Below are positions 41,516 through 54,572 of a stretch of DNA of 64,000 nt, piece by piece. The notes under the pieces are model-generated. The model was not told the origin of the DNA. It was given only the letters and a program-made list of their open reading frames with translations, and made no database searches. The DNA is from Octopus vulgaris (Eukaryota). The position numbers and the translations under genes were made by a program. Within the stretch, counting starts at the first letter, position 1. Every line of letters starts with the position of its first letter. The stretch is from the NCBI GenBank assembly GCA_951406725.2, contig OX597815.1:84692001-84756000 (forward strand). Direction: 5' to 3'.

Positions 41516-42817
41516 TTACAGACAAAGTTTTAAGATAGTTTGTTTCTGCCCTTTATATTCTCAGTTAAAATCACGCCAAGGTCATACAGAGTTCCATAAA
41601 GTAAAGTACCAATCAAGTACTAGGGTTGATATTATAGACTAAACCTTCTGCGTAAATTTCCCACACATTCGCATGATTAATTAATTTTGCTCATTCAAGG
41701 CGAATGAATTTAACTTATTAAAATTATTGCTATACAAATCTGTAAGTATAAAAACTTTTAACTCCCAATGAAGAGTGTTGGAAATATTGTTAAGATAATT
41801 GTAGATTTTGACAACGTAGCAGATTCATGTCGTTATATTTCCTTTTTTCTTTTCGCTTTATTCTTTGTCTTTACTTAGAAGTTGAAAAAAAATGGTTTAA
41901 TATCGTTTCAGGCTTTCTATATTGGTAAGACGAAGCGGCTGATTTTCAGTTTCAATATATAAAGATCGATCTCTGCATCGAAGACATATAACGTAAAACT
42001 TAATTTCAGAACGCTGTAATGGGTGAATCGGAACCGAGACACAAAAGGAATTGCGAGATATCTCAATAGGGTTAGCCATAGAGATATAAGTATTTTTCGA
42101 TTTTAATTCGTTTTTGCAAGACTTTCGATCTGAAAAGAAGCCAACAAACATATTCACACATTCACTGGTTGTTGTTTGTTTATATTTCACTTACCCCTTC
42201 TCGTTTTAAAATTGTTGATCCTTGTTTATATCGCTTAAAATTATAAGAACATCAACACAAGCAATGACCGGTGGTATATAAGATATTGGGAGCAACCAGA
42301 TCGAATTGTCTCAAGTGTAACTGCCCGAAACAGTTATGACTTCTGGTACTTGACTGAGGAAAGAAGGCGACGAATGACCCGTATTTTTTTGCCTGTCCTA
42401 ACTGCTGTTTCTCCTGTCCACCTTTGTATCGTATATCTGGCCAAATGTTTTATTGCCTTCTATTGCGTTTTTGTCCATTTTTTATATTTATATGTGTGTG
42501 TTTGTATGTATGTATATATTTATGTATGTACGTACTATGTATGTATTATATATATATATAATTTAAGAAGAGGTTAAAATCTTTAAAAGAATTTATCAAG
42601 TAGTCAGCGTGAAAAACCTCAAAAAGGGAAACATTATAGTTATTCCCTTTAAATATATTTATTTATATTAAGAGCATTAATACACATAAATGGCTCACAC
42701 TAGATGGGACTCCTAAAGTCAAAACTAACATGATAAATGTAGTGTAACGAACGCGAAGGAAAGCAACTTTTGAAGCCAACCTTTAAGAACAGATTCAGCT
42801 GCAAATCATATGGTTTC

Positions 42818-42942
<125 letters not shown>

Positions 42943-43018
42943 AGATATGTATATGTTGTATGTATATATGGGAAAAAGTCAAGGTAGAAAATGCTAAAAT
43001 AATTTTATAAAAACAGTT

Positions 43019-43054
43019 CAGTACCGGTTTCGATCATTGAGACTTTTTCAACTG
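43019..43054 (-). ncRNA. Hammerhead-like motif with U3-A8 core variant, in a probable PLE 3' end abutting a microsatellite
   Basis: Minus strand CAG-TTGAAAA-AGTC(TCAAT)GATC-GAAA-CCGG-TA-CTG. Stem III palindrome ACCGGT, GUA triplet, imperfect stem II. Confidence 0.55.
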
Positions 43055-43584
43055 TAGGTTCGGAAAACAATTAAATTTTGGAAAAATTAAATGAAAAGTT
43101 TTTTAAAAGAATATTTGCATGGTATTCAAATACAAGGGGCATTTTCCTTGTTTCTGCCTGTCTCTGTCTCTCTTGTTTACTCGTGTGGTTTCGAGATTGT
43201 TGTGAATTCTTGGCAGAGAAGAAAAAGAAGAAGAAGAAGAAGAAGAAGAAGAAGAAGAAGAAGAAGAAGAAGAAGAAGAAGAAGAAGAAGAAGAAGAAGA
43301 AGAAGAAGGGGAGGCGGAGGACGAGAAGTAGAATACGGGAGTGCTATGATAGTAGTAGTTTGTTAAATGGTCAAGTGCCCTGAAAGTGACTTGTTGTGGA
43401 TGCTGGTAGTGATTGAATTCTTGAGATATCACTTTTGAAGGTATTGTTTATAATATTTGCGTCGGTGTTATTCTAAACAGCAGTAGTAGTAAAGGAAGGA
43501 AGAGGATGGCGGAGAGGAAGAAGACAAATATGTGTATTCAGAGAGATTGGCCTGTAGTTTTTAGATAGAGCATATAATAAATTT

Positions 43585-43968
43585 TTAGATAGAGCATATA
43601 ATACCTTCTTTCAGCATTTTAGGAGGTTTACCGCTTGCAAGGAAACTTTGGAAAAGTATCTGAAATGGTTTCGATAAAGCCTGCTTATAAGACTTCAGAA
43701 TAGCTGGGAAGACATCAGGACCAGTTGTGGAGCATGACCTCATTTCATCTATGGCCGCTATTACATCTGACTCCTCGATGTCGATGTAATCTATGGCTGT
43801 CGTCTCCTTTTTTAGAGCTGCAATATTCAGTCGGATTTTTATGTGCATATGTCCAAGGTGACGATACTTAGTGAAGATACTTTTAGATTGGTCACTGAGT
43901 AACTCACTTATCCTTTCTGGGTCCGCTGTCAGTAAATCATTCCCTTGGAACACTGGTCCTATTTTATA
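43585..43968 (-). mobile_element. CR1-group LINE ORF2 fragment (region between APE and RT)
   Basis: IGPVFQGNDLLTADPERISELLSDQSKSIFT...IEESDVIAAIDEMRSCSTTGPDVFPAILK...LSKPFQILFQSFLASGKPPKMLKEGIICSI. Confidence 0.8.
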
Positions 43969-43969
43969 T

Positions 43970-44098
<129 letters not shown>

Positions 44099-44455
44099 TC
44101 AGGGTGAATACTTGATAAGTGTAAGCACCTGTATATGCCAGCTGTTGACTGATGATAGAGCATGGACGGATTTTTGAAGTCCAATGATACCCTACATACC
44201 TATTTGATTATGCAGATTTACAAACTTACTTTCTCAGTGAAACTCAATATACTCACCATTATAGATAATACAAAATGTACATTTTCGGTTTTTTCATAAT
44301 GTGATGGAGGTCTTTGGTATAGCAATTGCATGCAGCTGAAGAGAGCTTTAAACCATCTGTTATGTCGATTATACATTGATGTAAGAATAGGTTGTTGTAT
44401 AAAGCTTGAAATACGTGTACCGCGACATCCTTTGTGTTCTGTTTTTTATTTCATT

Positions 44456-44500
<45 letters not shown>

Positions 44501-44606
44501 TGTATGTATGTATGTATGTATGTAGGTGTATATATATGCATACATATATATAGGGAGACACATATATACATACATACACACATATATATACATATATACG
44601 TGTGTT

Positions 44607-44670
<64 letters not shown>

Positions 44671-46082
44671 TGTGTGTGTATGTGTGTATGTGTGTGTGTG
44701 TGTGTGTGTGAGCGTGTGCGTGTGTCGAAGGCAGCATGAATTACAAAGCATATGTCATAAATACATCACTGCTGAGTTGTTCAGAAATGATTTGGTCGAA
44801 ATTGCAATACGACAGTCAGTTGTGAAATCCATGTGATCTTTGTAGTTCTTTCGACTAGCAACATTAATCTGGAGCATGACTAAATATATATTTGTGTATA
44901 GAATTAATAAACTGACACAGTGTTTGGTTACAGAGTAGAATGAAAATAATGATGACGCCGATGATGAAAATGGCAATGATTGAAGCATAACTGACGAGGA
45001 AGAAGCTGTGGAAAGCGGAAGGGTTGATGATGATGATGATGATATTTCTACTTCACAATTCTGTTGGTAATGTTGATGATGACAAAGAAGGCATTTCTAC
45101 TCCACAGTTCTTTTGGTAATGTTGATGATGATAAATGATAATGATAAAGACAATGATGATTATGTTGAGCAGTGAATCTGACAACGGTGGTTAATATGAT
45201 TACATGGTTATACGATGGTGATTATATGATTAAAATAAGGAGCAGGAGGGCTAAGAGGAAGACAAGGAAAAGGAGGTAAAGGCAGAGTAGGGAGCGTAAA
45301 AACAACGATGACAATGATAATGATGTTCATGATTGCTACGCATAACATTATTCTTTCGGAACGAAATAAAAATTTATAAAAAGAAATGAAAGAGAAACAT
45401 GCAGATATTTTCGAAAATACATTTAGTTAGAATTTGATTTCCAATTTGTGCAACATGAAACCTGAATCTTATTCCAAACTAGAGAGTAGAAATCGGTGGG
45501 GAAAAAATAATTATTTCTTCGAAATGAACCAATTAAAATTGCTATTTCTTTGATCTATTTTCGCTGCGCACAAGAATATGGGCTTTCTTATTGTTATTTG
45601 TGTTATTACTACCATTATAGTTATTAATGTAACTATTACTTCTCATACCACTCCTCCTATTTTTATTAATGCTAATATTATACCATTACCATCCTTATAT
45701 TTGATACAATAAGTACTAGCATGGACCAAGGTTGATTCATTCAGCTATATTTCTCCCTTGCATCTCTTTGGTCTTTTGTCAATGTAGAAAATCATTACTA
45801 ACGTTATTATTTTTACATCTTTATTTATTCATATATTTATATTTTGAGAGATCTTTCAAGATTTTCTTTTCTTTTATTATATTACAATGTCGTATTATTT
45901 GGGAAACATACATACAAATATTCAAGGATTAGCAAATTGCTTTTCAGAGAATGCTCTAATAATGTTTACGTTTTGTTTTGTGTGGTTCATTTGTTTTGTT
46001 TTGTTTTGTTTTTTTCTAGAGTTGTTAATTTCTGGAGCTAGCCTATTTCTATATATTTATATATATAGAAATATATATAAAC

Positions 46083-47563
46083 TATTAGGTTGGAACAAAC
46101 ATAACTACATGGTTTCTTGTTATAAACTTCGATGGTTATTTAGGAATGAACTTTTATGTAAGTGCCATTTTGAAGAGTAGATTTCGTCTATTGCTTTATG
46201 GCAATGGTTTTGCAGTCACTTTTTGTTCTTGTTTCTCTGAGACTGACACATAGAGGAAACAGAATAGGAGAAAAAGTAAAACTGAGCGATTTTACATAGG
46301 AAACGCAAACTGCACGTGATATCGGCCATGCATTTTGCCAGAGATTTGTCACAAAGTAAACATGCATTTTAACATTGATTCCAACAATTTCATAGAAGAG
46401 ACAAGAGTCTTGAAAATGAGGAAGGCCGTAGACAACCTTCAGCCATAAACAACGGCCAATTAAGAATCATTACAGAAACAGACCCACGCTAAACAACGTG
46501 AGATGATGCAAAAGAACTAAACGTTATTATTCAACAATTGTTTAGTTCGTCTGCAACTTTTCATTTTCTCCACACTGGGAAGTCAGAAGTGCACAACATG
46601 CCGCAGGAGCCGAACGAAATTTTTTTTTTTTTAATCACCAATACGAATTCTGCTGCGCATTTGTTTCACCCATCCGAACAGATCAATTTGTTTTTCCTTA
46701 TGGCGTGATATATTATGAAAAAAAGATTTCAAACGACCACCATTTACGCTGTAAATGGATTAAAACATTTTCCTAAACCAATGCTACATAAAAATAAGTT
46801 TATGATAATTGTTTGGTTACCGGCAATAGAAATTATCCACTTCTGTTTCTTTAGTATTGCCAGAAGAACAATAAAATACAAAAACTGCAAAGTTTGTATC
46901 CATGAAATGAAACAGATCAATTCTTCTCCAAAACAATACTTAAACGCATGTCTTGCAAATGATCCAACAGATAATGAATGAAATGGACGGTGAAGCTATA
47001 CCTCACCCAACTATTTTCCAAGAACGCTCTGACCGAACACCCTTTTTCCAAGTATCGCGATAAGTTTCTGTAAAGAAGGTGTTCAACAATCAAGCAGTTC
47101 CTCAAAAGGCCTTCGTAAAATTTATCGATCCTACACGTCGGGAATCCTATCGTGTGGTTTAATGGTTAGGCTGTTGCACTCTAATCTAACCTAACCAACA
47201 CTACAATCGTAAGATTGTGGTTTCGATTCCTGAAGTGAGCAATGTGTTGTGTTCTTGAGCAAAAAACTTCATTTCATGTTGCTCCAGTCCACTCAGCAGG
47301 CAAAAATGAGTATTCCTGCGATGGACCGGCGTCCTGTCTAAGGAGCGGGGAGTACATACACCACAGAATCCTGGAAACCGTCTCTGTGAGTCTAAATGAT
47401 TTGAGGAGAATTATCCATTTCTTTTTTTGTCCAGAATAAATTAACTTGTTTCTTGTTGGGGAATGTGTAGATTTTAGTGGTTGTTATTTTGATAAATAAA
47501 CTGAAATACGTTGTAAATAGTTGATGGTTTAAACACTCGTTTATATTTTGCGCTCAGCTAATA
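46083..47563 (+). mobile_element. Old Tc1/mariner (mariner-type) relic interrupted by a SINE
   Basis: Starts TATTAGGTTGG and ends CAGCTAATA (decayed TIRs). Remnants SLENEEGRRQP, HFPKPMLHKNKFMIIVW, a PPYSPD-like segment and C-terminal GCYFDK*. Confidence 0.7.
47140..47415 (+). mobile_element. tRNA-derived SINE of a further family, inserted in the mariner
   Basis: TGTGGTTTAATGGTTAGG (A-box), GGTTTCGATTCC (B-box), TGTGTTCTTGAGCAA, and GCGATGGACCGGCGTCCTGTC body. Confidence 0.7.
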
Positions 47564-48597
47564 TAAGCCATTGTCTTTCTGGAAACGTTTGTGTATGGAG
47601 CTAAGTATAAGCACACATGGAATTTATGGATTCAGTTATCTCATGCCGTATTAATTTCATTCAGAAACAACATCATTATGCTGTCTTAACTTCTTTTAAA
47701 TTTGGGGGTTTAACGTTACAGAACACAGTGTTGAAACTAAGTTTAAACCCCACTTAGAGAATTGTAGATAAGACGTCGGAACACAGTCGAATGTGGGATT
47801 GATAAAAATGTTGAATTAAACACAAAATAGTAGAGATGTGGTTAATAGTTGGAAAATGGAAATTTTGGAAATACCACGGTTTTAAATTGATTATAAAGTA
47901 ACTTTTTATTAAATATCACACACAGGTTATTCAAATTATTGGTGCATCATTAAATGAAATCTTAAGATATTTTATGTAAAAAAGAATTAACAATACTGGG
48001 TTTGTGATATCTGCTGAGATACTTCATATTCACTTTGTTCTGTGTCTGTTGCGTTTGAATTGGCGAATGAAAATATCCAATTACCACAAGATACAACAAA
48101 AGAAGGAAAAACGATTTTAATGCATCAGAGGGAGGAATAGGCTGATGGATGATATAAAATATAGGATTCATAAAATGATCTGCAGTTTGAAAGTCATCTC
48201 AACATTAGCGAGTGATTTATAGACTGGACACATCTAGAAAGTTGACATTACCACAAATCATTCATGTACGACGGTTTGCAACTTCTTAGAAATGCTGGTA
48301 GATGGAAGAGAAAATATCAAGTTGCACACCTCCTTTCACAGAAGCCTCTACATAATCCCTATATATATATATATATATATATATACGCACGCACGCACAC
48401 ACACACACATACATTCGCATGTATGCGTGTATATATATATAGTGGCTGTGTGGTACGTAGCTTGCTTACCAACCACATGGTTCCGGGTTCAGTCTCACTG
48501 CATGGCACCTTGGGCAAGTGTCTTCTACTATAGCCTCGGGCCGACCAAAGCCTTGTGGGTGGATTTGGTAGACGGAAACTGAAAGAAGCCCATCGTA

Positions 48598-48628
<31 letters not shown>

Positions 48629-48629
48629 C

Positions 48630-48664
<35 letters not shown>

Positions 48665-48670
<6 letters not shown>

Positions 48671-49532
48671 TAGTAAAAAGTGAAAAAACTACAGAAGGCT
48701 TGTTTTAAAAGGTTAAAAAATATATATTTGAGTCAATATGTCTGAAGAATGTTATAAATGTTTTTCTTATAATGACATAATTTAGAAGAAATGACCGGTT
48801 TCGCGTTCAGCTTTTCAAATTTCTTACATCGTTATGTTTACGTTGAGTAGAGTTATCGTTATGTTTATGCTGAGAAGAGTTCCATATAAGGGGAGGTAAT
48901 AAGTGATTTCTTCCGGTGTAAGGGAGATAATCGCTTAAAATTTTTTGCCTTTCCTTTGAAGTGAATTTCTCTGTATAAGTATGTTGGAATGGTTAAGTTT
49001 GGGCTTGTACTTTTCAATGAAGAATGTTTCCTTGTTTAGTCTAATTTGTGTTGTTTTCCAATAGCACATTGGTAAAATGGAAAGATTAAAAATTGTGGTA
49101 GTAGTTGCTTTGCGCATTTCTCAATGTGCTCACTAAAGGGTATTATTCTGTATTCCGGGAATGCAATCTGTTGTCGATGCAGTGTGCATCTACGTCTGAG
49201 TGATAGTCCCGTGGAAATTTCTGAAATTACGGATGCAAAAGTAAAAAAATGTGGTAGACCGAACTGTGCAACATGTCCAAACCTGCTAGAAGGATCAGAA
49301 TTCCTCTTCAAAGAGGGACAGGAATTCAAGATCAAATCTAACTTTACTTGTGCCTCTGAAAACATAATTTATGTCATAAAATGCTCGGGCTGCCACCAAG
49401 ACTACATGGGTTCCAGACATATTGACTCAAATATATATTTTTTAACCTTTTAAAACAAGCCTTCTGTAGTTTTTTCACTTTTTACTATTTTCTATATATT
49501 CAACCACGTGCTTTCACAAACCAACTTTCTCA

Positions 49533-49534
<2 letters not shown>
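48665..49534. mobile_element. Penelope-like (Neptune-like) insertion with ~80-bp inverted termini and an internal inversion
   Basis: 48665-48744 is the reverse complement of 49414-49493. Plus strand 49220-49411 reads KKCGRPNCATC...FTCASENIIYVIKCSGCHQDYMG. Minus strand 49212-48985 reads TGLSLRRRCTLHRQQI...SEHIEKC...KETFFIEKYKPKLN. Confidence 0.88.
48786..48825 (-). ncRNA. Minimal type I hammerhead ribozyme, U3-A8 core variant
   Basis: Minus strand AAGAAAT-TTGAAAA-GC(TGAAC)GC-GAAA-CCGG-TC-ATTTCTT. 7-bp stem I, palindromic stem III, GUC triplet; lies 3' of the GIY-YIG ORF end. Confidence 0.72.
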
Positions 49535-49573
<39 letters not shown>

Positions 49574-49933
49574 ATATGTTTGTGTGTCTGTGTTTGTCTG
49601 CCCAACATCGCTTTACAACCGATGCTGATGTGTTTACGTCCCCGTAACTTAGCGGTTCGGCAAAATAGACTGATAGAATAAGTACTAAGCTTACAAAGAA
49701 TAAGTCCTGGAGTCGATTTGCTCGACTAAAAGGTGGTGCTCCAGCATGGCCACACTCAAATGACTGAATCAAGTAAAAGAGTAAAGAGTAAAGAGTATAT
49801 ATACTCGTTGTACGCAATATCAATGTAGAGTGTAGTAGTGTATTTAAGCTTGTCGAGCTGTCCGTGACATGGGTGATTTTCAGAGCATAATAGAACTTCC
49901 ATGGAAACAAGCCTGCATGCACCTGATAAAATT

Positions 49934-50009
<76 letters not shown>

Positions 50010-51064
50010 ATAGAGATGAGGGGATAAAGAGGAGTGAGGAGAGTAAAAGAGGAGAGGAGGAGAGAGATACAGACTCCGTTATTCAAATTTCACCAACAAC
50101 GTATTGGGCAATAATTGTTCCCAGAATAAGTGCTACGGCAGTGAGATTGAACCCAAAACAACGAGGCTTGCAGAGCAATCCTCTTAACTACACAACCTTT
50201 TCCTGCGATTACTTTTGTCATATTTACATTCTTCTTTCCAAAAGGAGATCTCAAAAGTGCATTTAGTTCTCCTTAAAAGAAAATCCGTGTGCTTCTACGT
50301 TGATAACTCATATGTGTTTTTTTTACCGAATTTTCTGGTGATAAATACAAAAGCATACCTTCTTAAGGTATTATTCAAGTTGAATATTCTCTTCTCTGTA
50401 TTTCAATGTTTTCCAGTTGTTTTACTTCGATATTTATGATATCTATACCTGTGTTTATCATATCTGATACAACTGTAATTTCACTGGTAGGATTAGCTTA
50501 TGTGATCTTACCTCTCTCTCTAAGTAGAGTGTGTATTCCTTGTTTCATTTAGCTTTCCAGTTTTTTGGTTGTTCCTGTTGCTACTATAGTTTAACCCCAG
50601 GTCGATCGTGAACGAACAAATTTATAAGTAAAGACACTTCAGCCGTGACCATCTCACTGTTTTCTTACGTGGACATATTCAAAGCATTATTTTCTAGGAG
50701 AGTGACTGTGCGGAAGAAACAGAGAGACATGAGGTAGAATTGAGCTGTTGTTTCTAGTAGATCAAATTATCACACCAACGATCCTTCCGGCGGTGTTTTT
50801 TATCTATTACAAAACAATATTTAACCATTCTTTCAAAGACTAAAAGAATACAAGAACTCGACTTGCTATTGATAATATTGTGATATAGGATTTCTCACAG
50901 TGAGTTATCTATATGTGGCCTTAATCTATCTTGATATCAATATCTGTATCGCTGAATGGATTTCCAGCTTGTACGAATAAAGTTGTTAATCTGTAGATGG
51001 CACACAAAGAGTTCCTCTTCGACATTTTAATGCGATAACTAGCAGCACCAACACCAGCAGCCCC

Positions 51065-51136
<72 letters not shown>

Positions 51137-51527
51137 CGTCGTCGTCGTCGACGTAGTGCCCGGTTACTTTTGAAATATTTCAAATAATTATTTCTTACTA
51201 TATTAATTAATATTGACAAATAACATAAACACAAACGTCTCAAATTTACAGAGGAAGTGTAACGGTTCAGTTGATTCAGGCTACCTCAATACATTACAGG
51301 TAGTTGCTTCATAGAATTAAAATACCGTTCGCATTTACTCCTACATTTTACAATTTCTGCCTCTTCAGCTGAATCAATATTCTAGTATAATGAAGATTGA
51401 ATAGCAGAAATAGTACAGCACCGAATAAAATGTCTTTCAGTTCCTTAAGTTCAGAGTGAAAATCACACCAAAATCAGCATTGCTTTTCAACTACACAGAC
51501 TAAAACAGAAAAAAAAAACATAATAAT

Positions 51528-51560
51528 AAGAGCACTCAGAAAGCGCAAACCTCCGCTAAG
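51528..51560 (-). mobile_element. Possible Helentron/Helitron2-type terminus
   Basis: Minus strand CTTAGCGGAGGT-TT-GCGCTTTCTGAGTGC-TCTT (subterminal-IR-like motif followed by a short hairpin). The partner end was not found. Confidence 0.35.
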
Positions 51561-51894
51561 TCAACACCAACGTCCTAATCTTTTTATAACCAACCAAGTG
51601 GCGAACACAGAGGGGACAATACATCATATGTGGGGACACAAAATAGGGGGGGGGGATAGGATAATGTATGAAAAAGGTATAATGACAAGATGAAAATGAA
51701 AAATGTAATGAAGTCACACGGCCCCACCTCTGAGCCCTCTTCATTTATACCTTTAATTCCTTTTATATCCTGTTCCCTCCAAAATATCGATCCCGTGTTC
51801 TTTCAACAATTCCTCATTAGTCACAAGGCCTGGCATCGCATTCCTATCCAGTTCCACTTCCTACATCTTATATCCACCTTTATACTTCAATACC

Positions 51895-52121
51895 TATTTC
51901 TTTACTACCCACAAGGGGCTAAACACAGAGAGGACAAACAAGGACAAACGGATTAAGTCGATTATATCGACCCCAGTGCGTAATTGGTACTTAATTTATC
52001 GACCCCGAAAGGATGAAAGGCAAAGTCAACCTCGGCGGAATTTGAACTCAGAACGTGACAGCAGACGAAATACGGCTACGCATTTCGCCCGGCGTGCTAA
52101 CGTTTCTGCCAGCTCGCCGCC
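51895..52121 (-). mobile_element. Full-length SINE family B with ~16-bp TSD
   Basis: Head GGCGGCGAGCTGGCAGAAACGTTAGCACGCCGGGCG. TSD TTTATACTTCA(A/G)TACC at 51879-51894 and 52122-52137. Confidence 0.92.
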
Positions 52122-52469
52122 TTTATACTTCAGTACCCTCTTTCTCTTACTACTCCGAAAGTAATAAACAACAATACCAACCCCTTTGATGTTATCGAAA
52201 CCGTTTGTTTCCACTGCCAAGATATCATTCCAAGATCTTACCTCATTATACAACTCTTCATTAGCGTCATCGTACATTATCACTGAACATTTTTTTTTCT
52301 TTTTTATCTGGGAGGAGGGAGTTTGGGGGTTCTTGTGTGCTAGTGATTTCTTTTGTGTGTGTGTGTGTGTGTCGGAGAGGAGTGGGTAGGTTTAGTGTCT
52401 GTGGGGAGAGGGTGGGGAGAGAAGGTGGAGTGGGTGGATGTGGGGTGGGGGGTTCAAATATGTATGATT

Positions 52470-52830
52470 TGCCTTCTTCCTTTTTCCTTGTATTCTTACT
52501 CTCTACTTTCTTCCATGTCTCGTCTTCTTCCTTCATTGTTTCCGATGTTAAATCCTCCTCCGCTCTCACTGGTTCCCTCCCTTCGTTCCTCCTGGGTCTT
52601 CTTGGGTGGTGAACGGCAGTCCGCTCTGATGTGACCCTTTAGGGATTCTGCCCTCCACCCTGACTTTCAGCACTGTGTCTTCAACTGTTACAGTTTCTGT
52701 CATGTCTTCCAAGCTCTCTTGTGATCCCTGAATGATCATATCTAACGTTTGTCCTCTCCAATTTATATTCTCAGTCATTGTGGCCTGGAGGACTGTTTCA
52801 TCCTCGTTGCCGAGAAGAACAGCAGCCACT
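52470..52830 (-). pseudogene. Fragment resembling LINE (L1/Tx1-type) ORF1 gag-like zinc-knuckle region
   Basis: ...ETVTVEDTVLKVRVEGRIP-[CxxC missing]-GHIRADCRSPPKK, followed by a charged low-complexity stretch. Confidence 0.55.
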
Positions 52831-52835
52831 TGTGT

Positions 52836-52912
<77 letters not shown>

Positions 52913-53463
52913 TGCGTGCTTGCTTGTGTGTGTGTATATGTGTATGGGTGTGTGTGCGTGTGTGTGTGTGTGTGTGTGAGCGCGTGCGTGCTTGCTTGTG
53001 TGTGTGTATATGTGTATGGGTGTGTGTGCGTGCATGTGTGTGTATGTGTGCACGTGCATTAGTTACGCGTGTTTGAATTACAGTGAAAGAGTTTTGAGTG
53101 TCAACATTGCGATTGGTTGAAATTGAAACAGTCGCATTCAAAGTCTATATATTTTTTTTATATGATAATTATATATGAATATATTTTATTTTGTATATAA
53201 ATTTCGTCTGCATTTAAAACATATGTGTATTATTTTGCATTGTATAATATATATTTCGTTCACTAGTTTATAATTTAGAAAAAAAATTGCTTTTATATTA
53301 AAAATATTGCAAACTCAGAATCTCTGATGTCTGTTTTTTATTTGTTTTTTATTTTTTTAAAAAAATCATCATAAAAATGTTTGGGGATATACTGGGGAAA
53401 AAAATCATATTGAAAAACTTGCTTCTAACACAGGTGATTGTATAAATTATTTCTTCTTCGTCG

Positions 53464-53501
<38 letters not shown>

Positions 53502-53509
53502 GCGTATGA

Positions 53510-53544
<35 letters not shown>

Positions 53545-54094
53545 TGTGTGTGTGTGTGTACATTTTAGCATTAATAACTTTAAACACAACTGCAAATGTA
53601 TAAAGATGGGAAATGATATTTTTTTATCCCGGTTCATCATATGAACTACAATAAAACAAACAGTGGAGGTTATAGCAAAGGTGTTATCTGAAATATATAA
53701 ACAAAATACGAGATGGAAAGAGAGAGGGCAAGAGAGAAAGAGGGGGGGAGACAGACAGAGACAGACAGACAGACAGACAGAAAAGACCGACAGAGACAGA
53801 GACAGAAAGTCATACAGACAGTCAGGCTGGTAGACAGCGGACAGACAAATAGAGAAATTAGTAGAGTATTCTATCAATAGAATCTCGCAGCTATGTTTTT
53901 TTGTTTTTTTTTCGAAAACGTTCGCAATTAAAATTAATCTTTTAATTGTAAAAAGACCACATTTTAATACAGATATATTAAAATTTTAATTTTTAAAGAT
54001 TTTCTAAGCTATAGACACTTTAATAATTGCTTTCTTTTAGTGAAAGCTACATTATTCTAATTAATGAGCAGTTTTCTCCATTATAGTATAGATG

Positions 54095-54572
54095 AAGGGG
54101 TGAGTGAGCAGAATCGTTAATGCGTCGGATAAAATGCTTAGCGTATTTCTTCCGGCTTTTTACGTTCTGTGCTCAAATTCTACCGAAGTCGACATCGTCT
54201 TTCATCCCATTTGGGGATGATAAAATAAGATCCAGGTGGGCACTGAGTTCGATTTAAGCGACTAACCATCGCTTCCCACCTAAAATCGCTTGCTTTGTTC
54301 CATAATCAGAAAGAATTATCAGTATTGTTATAAAGTGGTGGATTGGCAAAAGCATTAGAACATCGGTAAAAAAAAGCCAAGCGTTCTTTATTCTGGCACT
54401 ATACTTTCAAAGTTCAAATTTCGCTGCGATCAGCTTTGCCTTTCATTGGCCGATAAAATAAAGTACCTGTTCAAAATTGAGTTCGATGTGATTGATTAAA
54501 TTCCACACACATACTCATACACACACACAGATAAGCACTTCAAAACCGTTGGCTTTGTGCCTAAATTAGAAA
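54095..54572 (+). mobile_element. Head-to-tail SINE B (54095-54320) and older B' (54333-54572)
   Basis: GCAGAATCGTTAATGCGTCGGATAAAATGCTTAGC...CTCAAATTC; second copy AGTTCAAATTTCGC...GCTTTGCCTTTCAT...GGCTTTGTGCCTAAATTAGAAA. Confidence 0.78.

Larger units (their letters stand above)
48441..49796 (+). mobile_element. SINE family A copy split by a PLE insertion in its internal microsatellite
   Basis: The 5' half (48441-48600) and 3' half (~49565-49796) join to give a complete family A sequence. Confidence 0.9.

Noticed and set aside
41897-42460. FYIGKTKR (GIY-YIG-like) and a CTGAGGA motif
   Set aside because: Isolated matches with no supporting upstream motif or complete ribozyme stems.
44375-44425. 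TTGATGT-AAG...CTT-GAAA-TACGTG-TA next to (TA)n as a hammerhead
   Set aside because: The core has two unpaired deviations and there is no stem I; possibly a relic, but not supportable.
45043-45135. ~50-bp tandem duplication in a GAT-rich tract (also 43561-43600)
   Set aside because: Ordinary local slippage duplication with no further structure.
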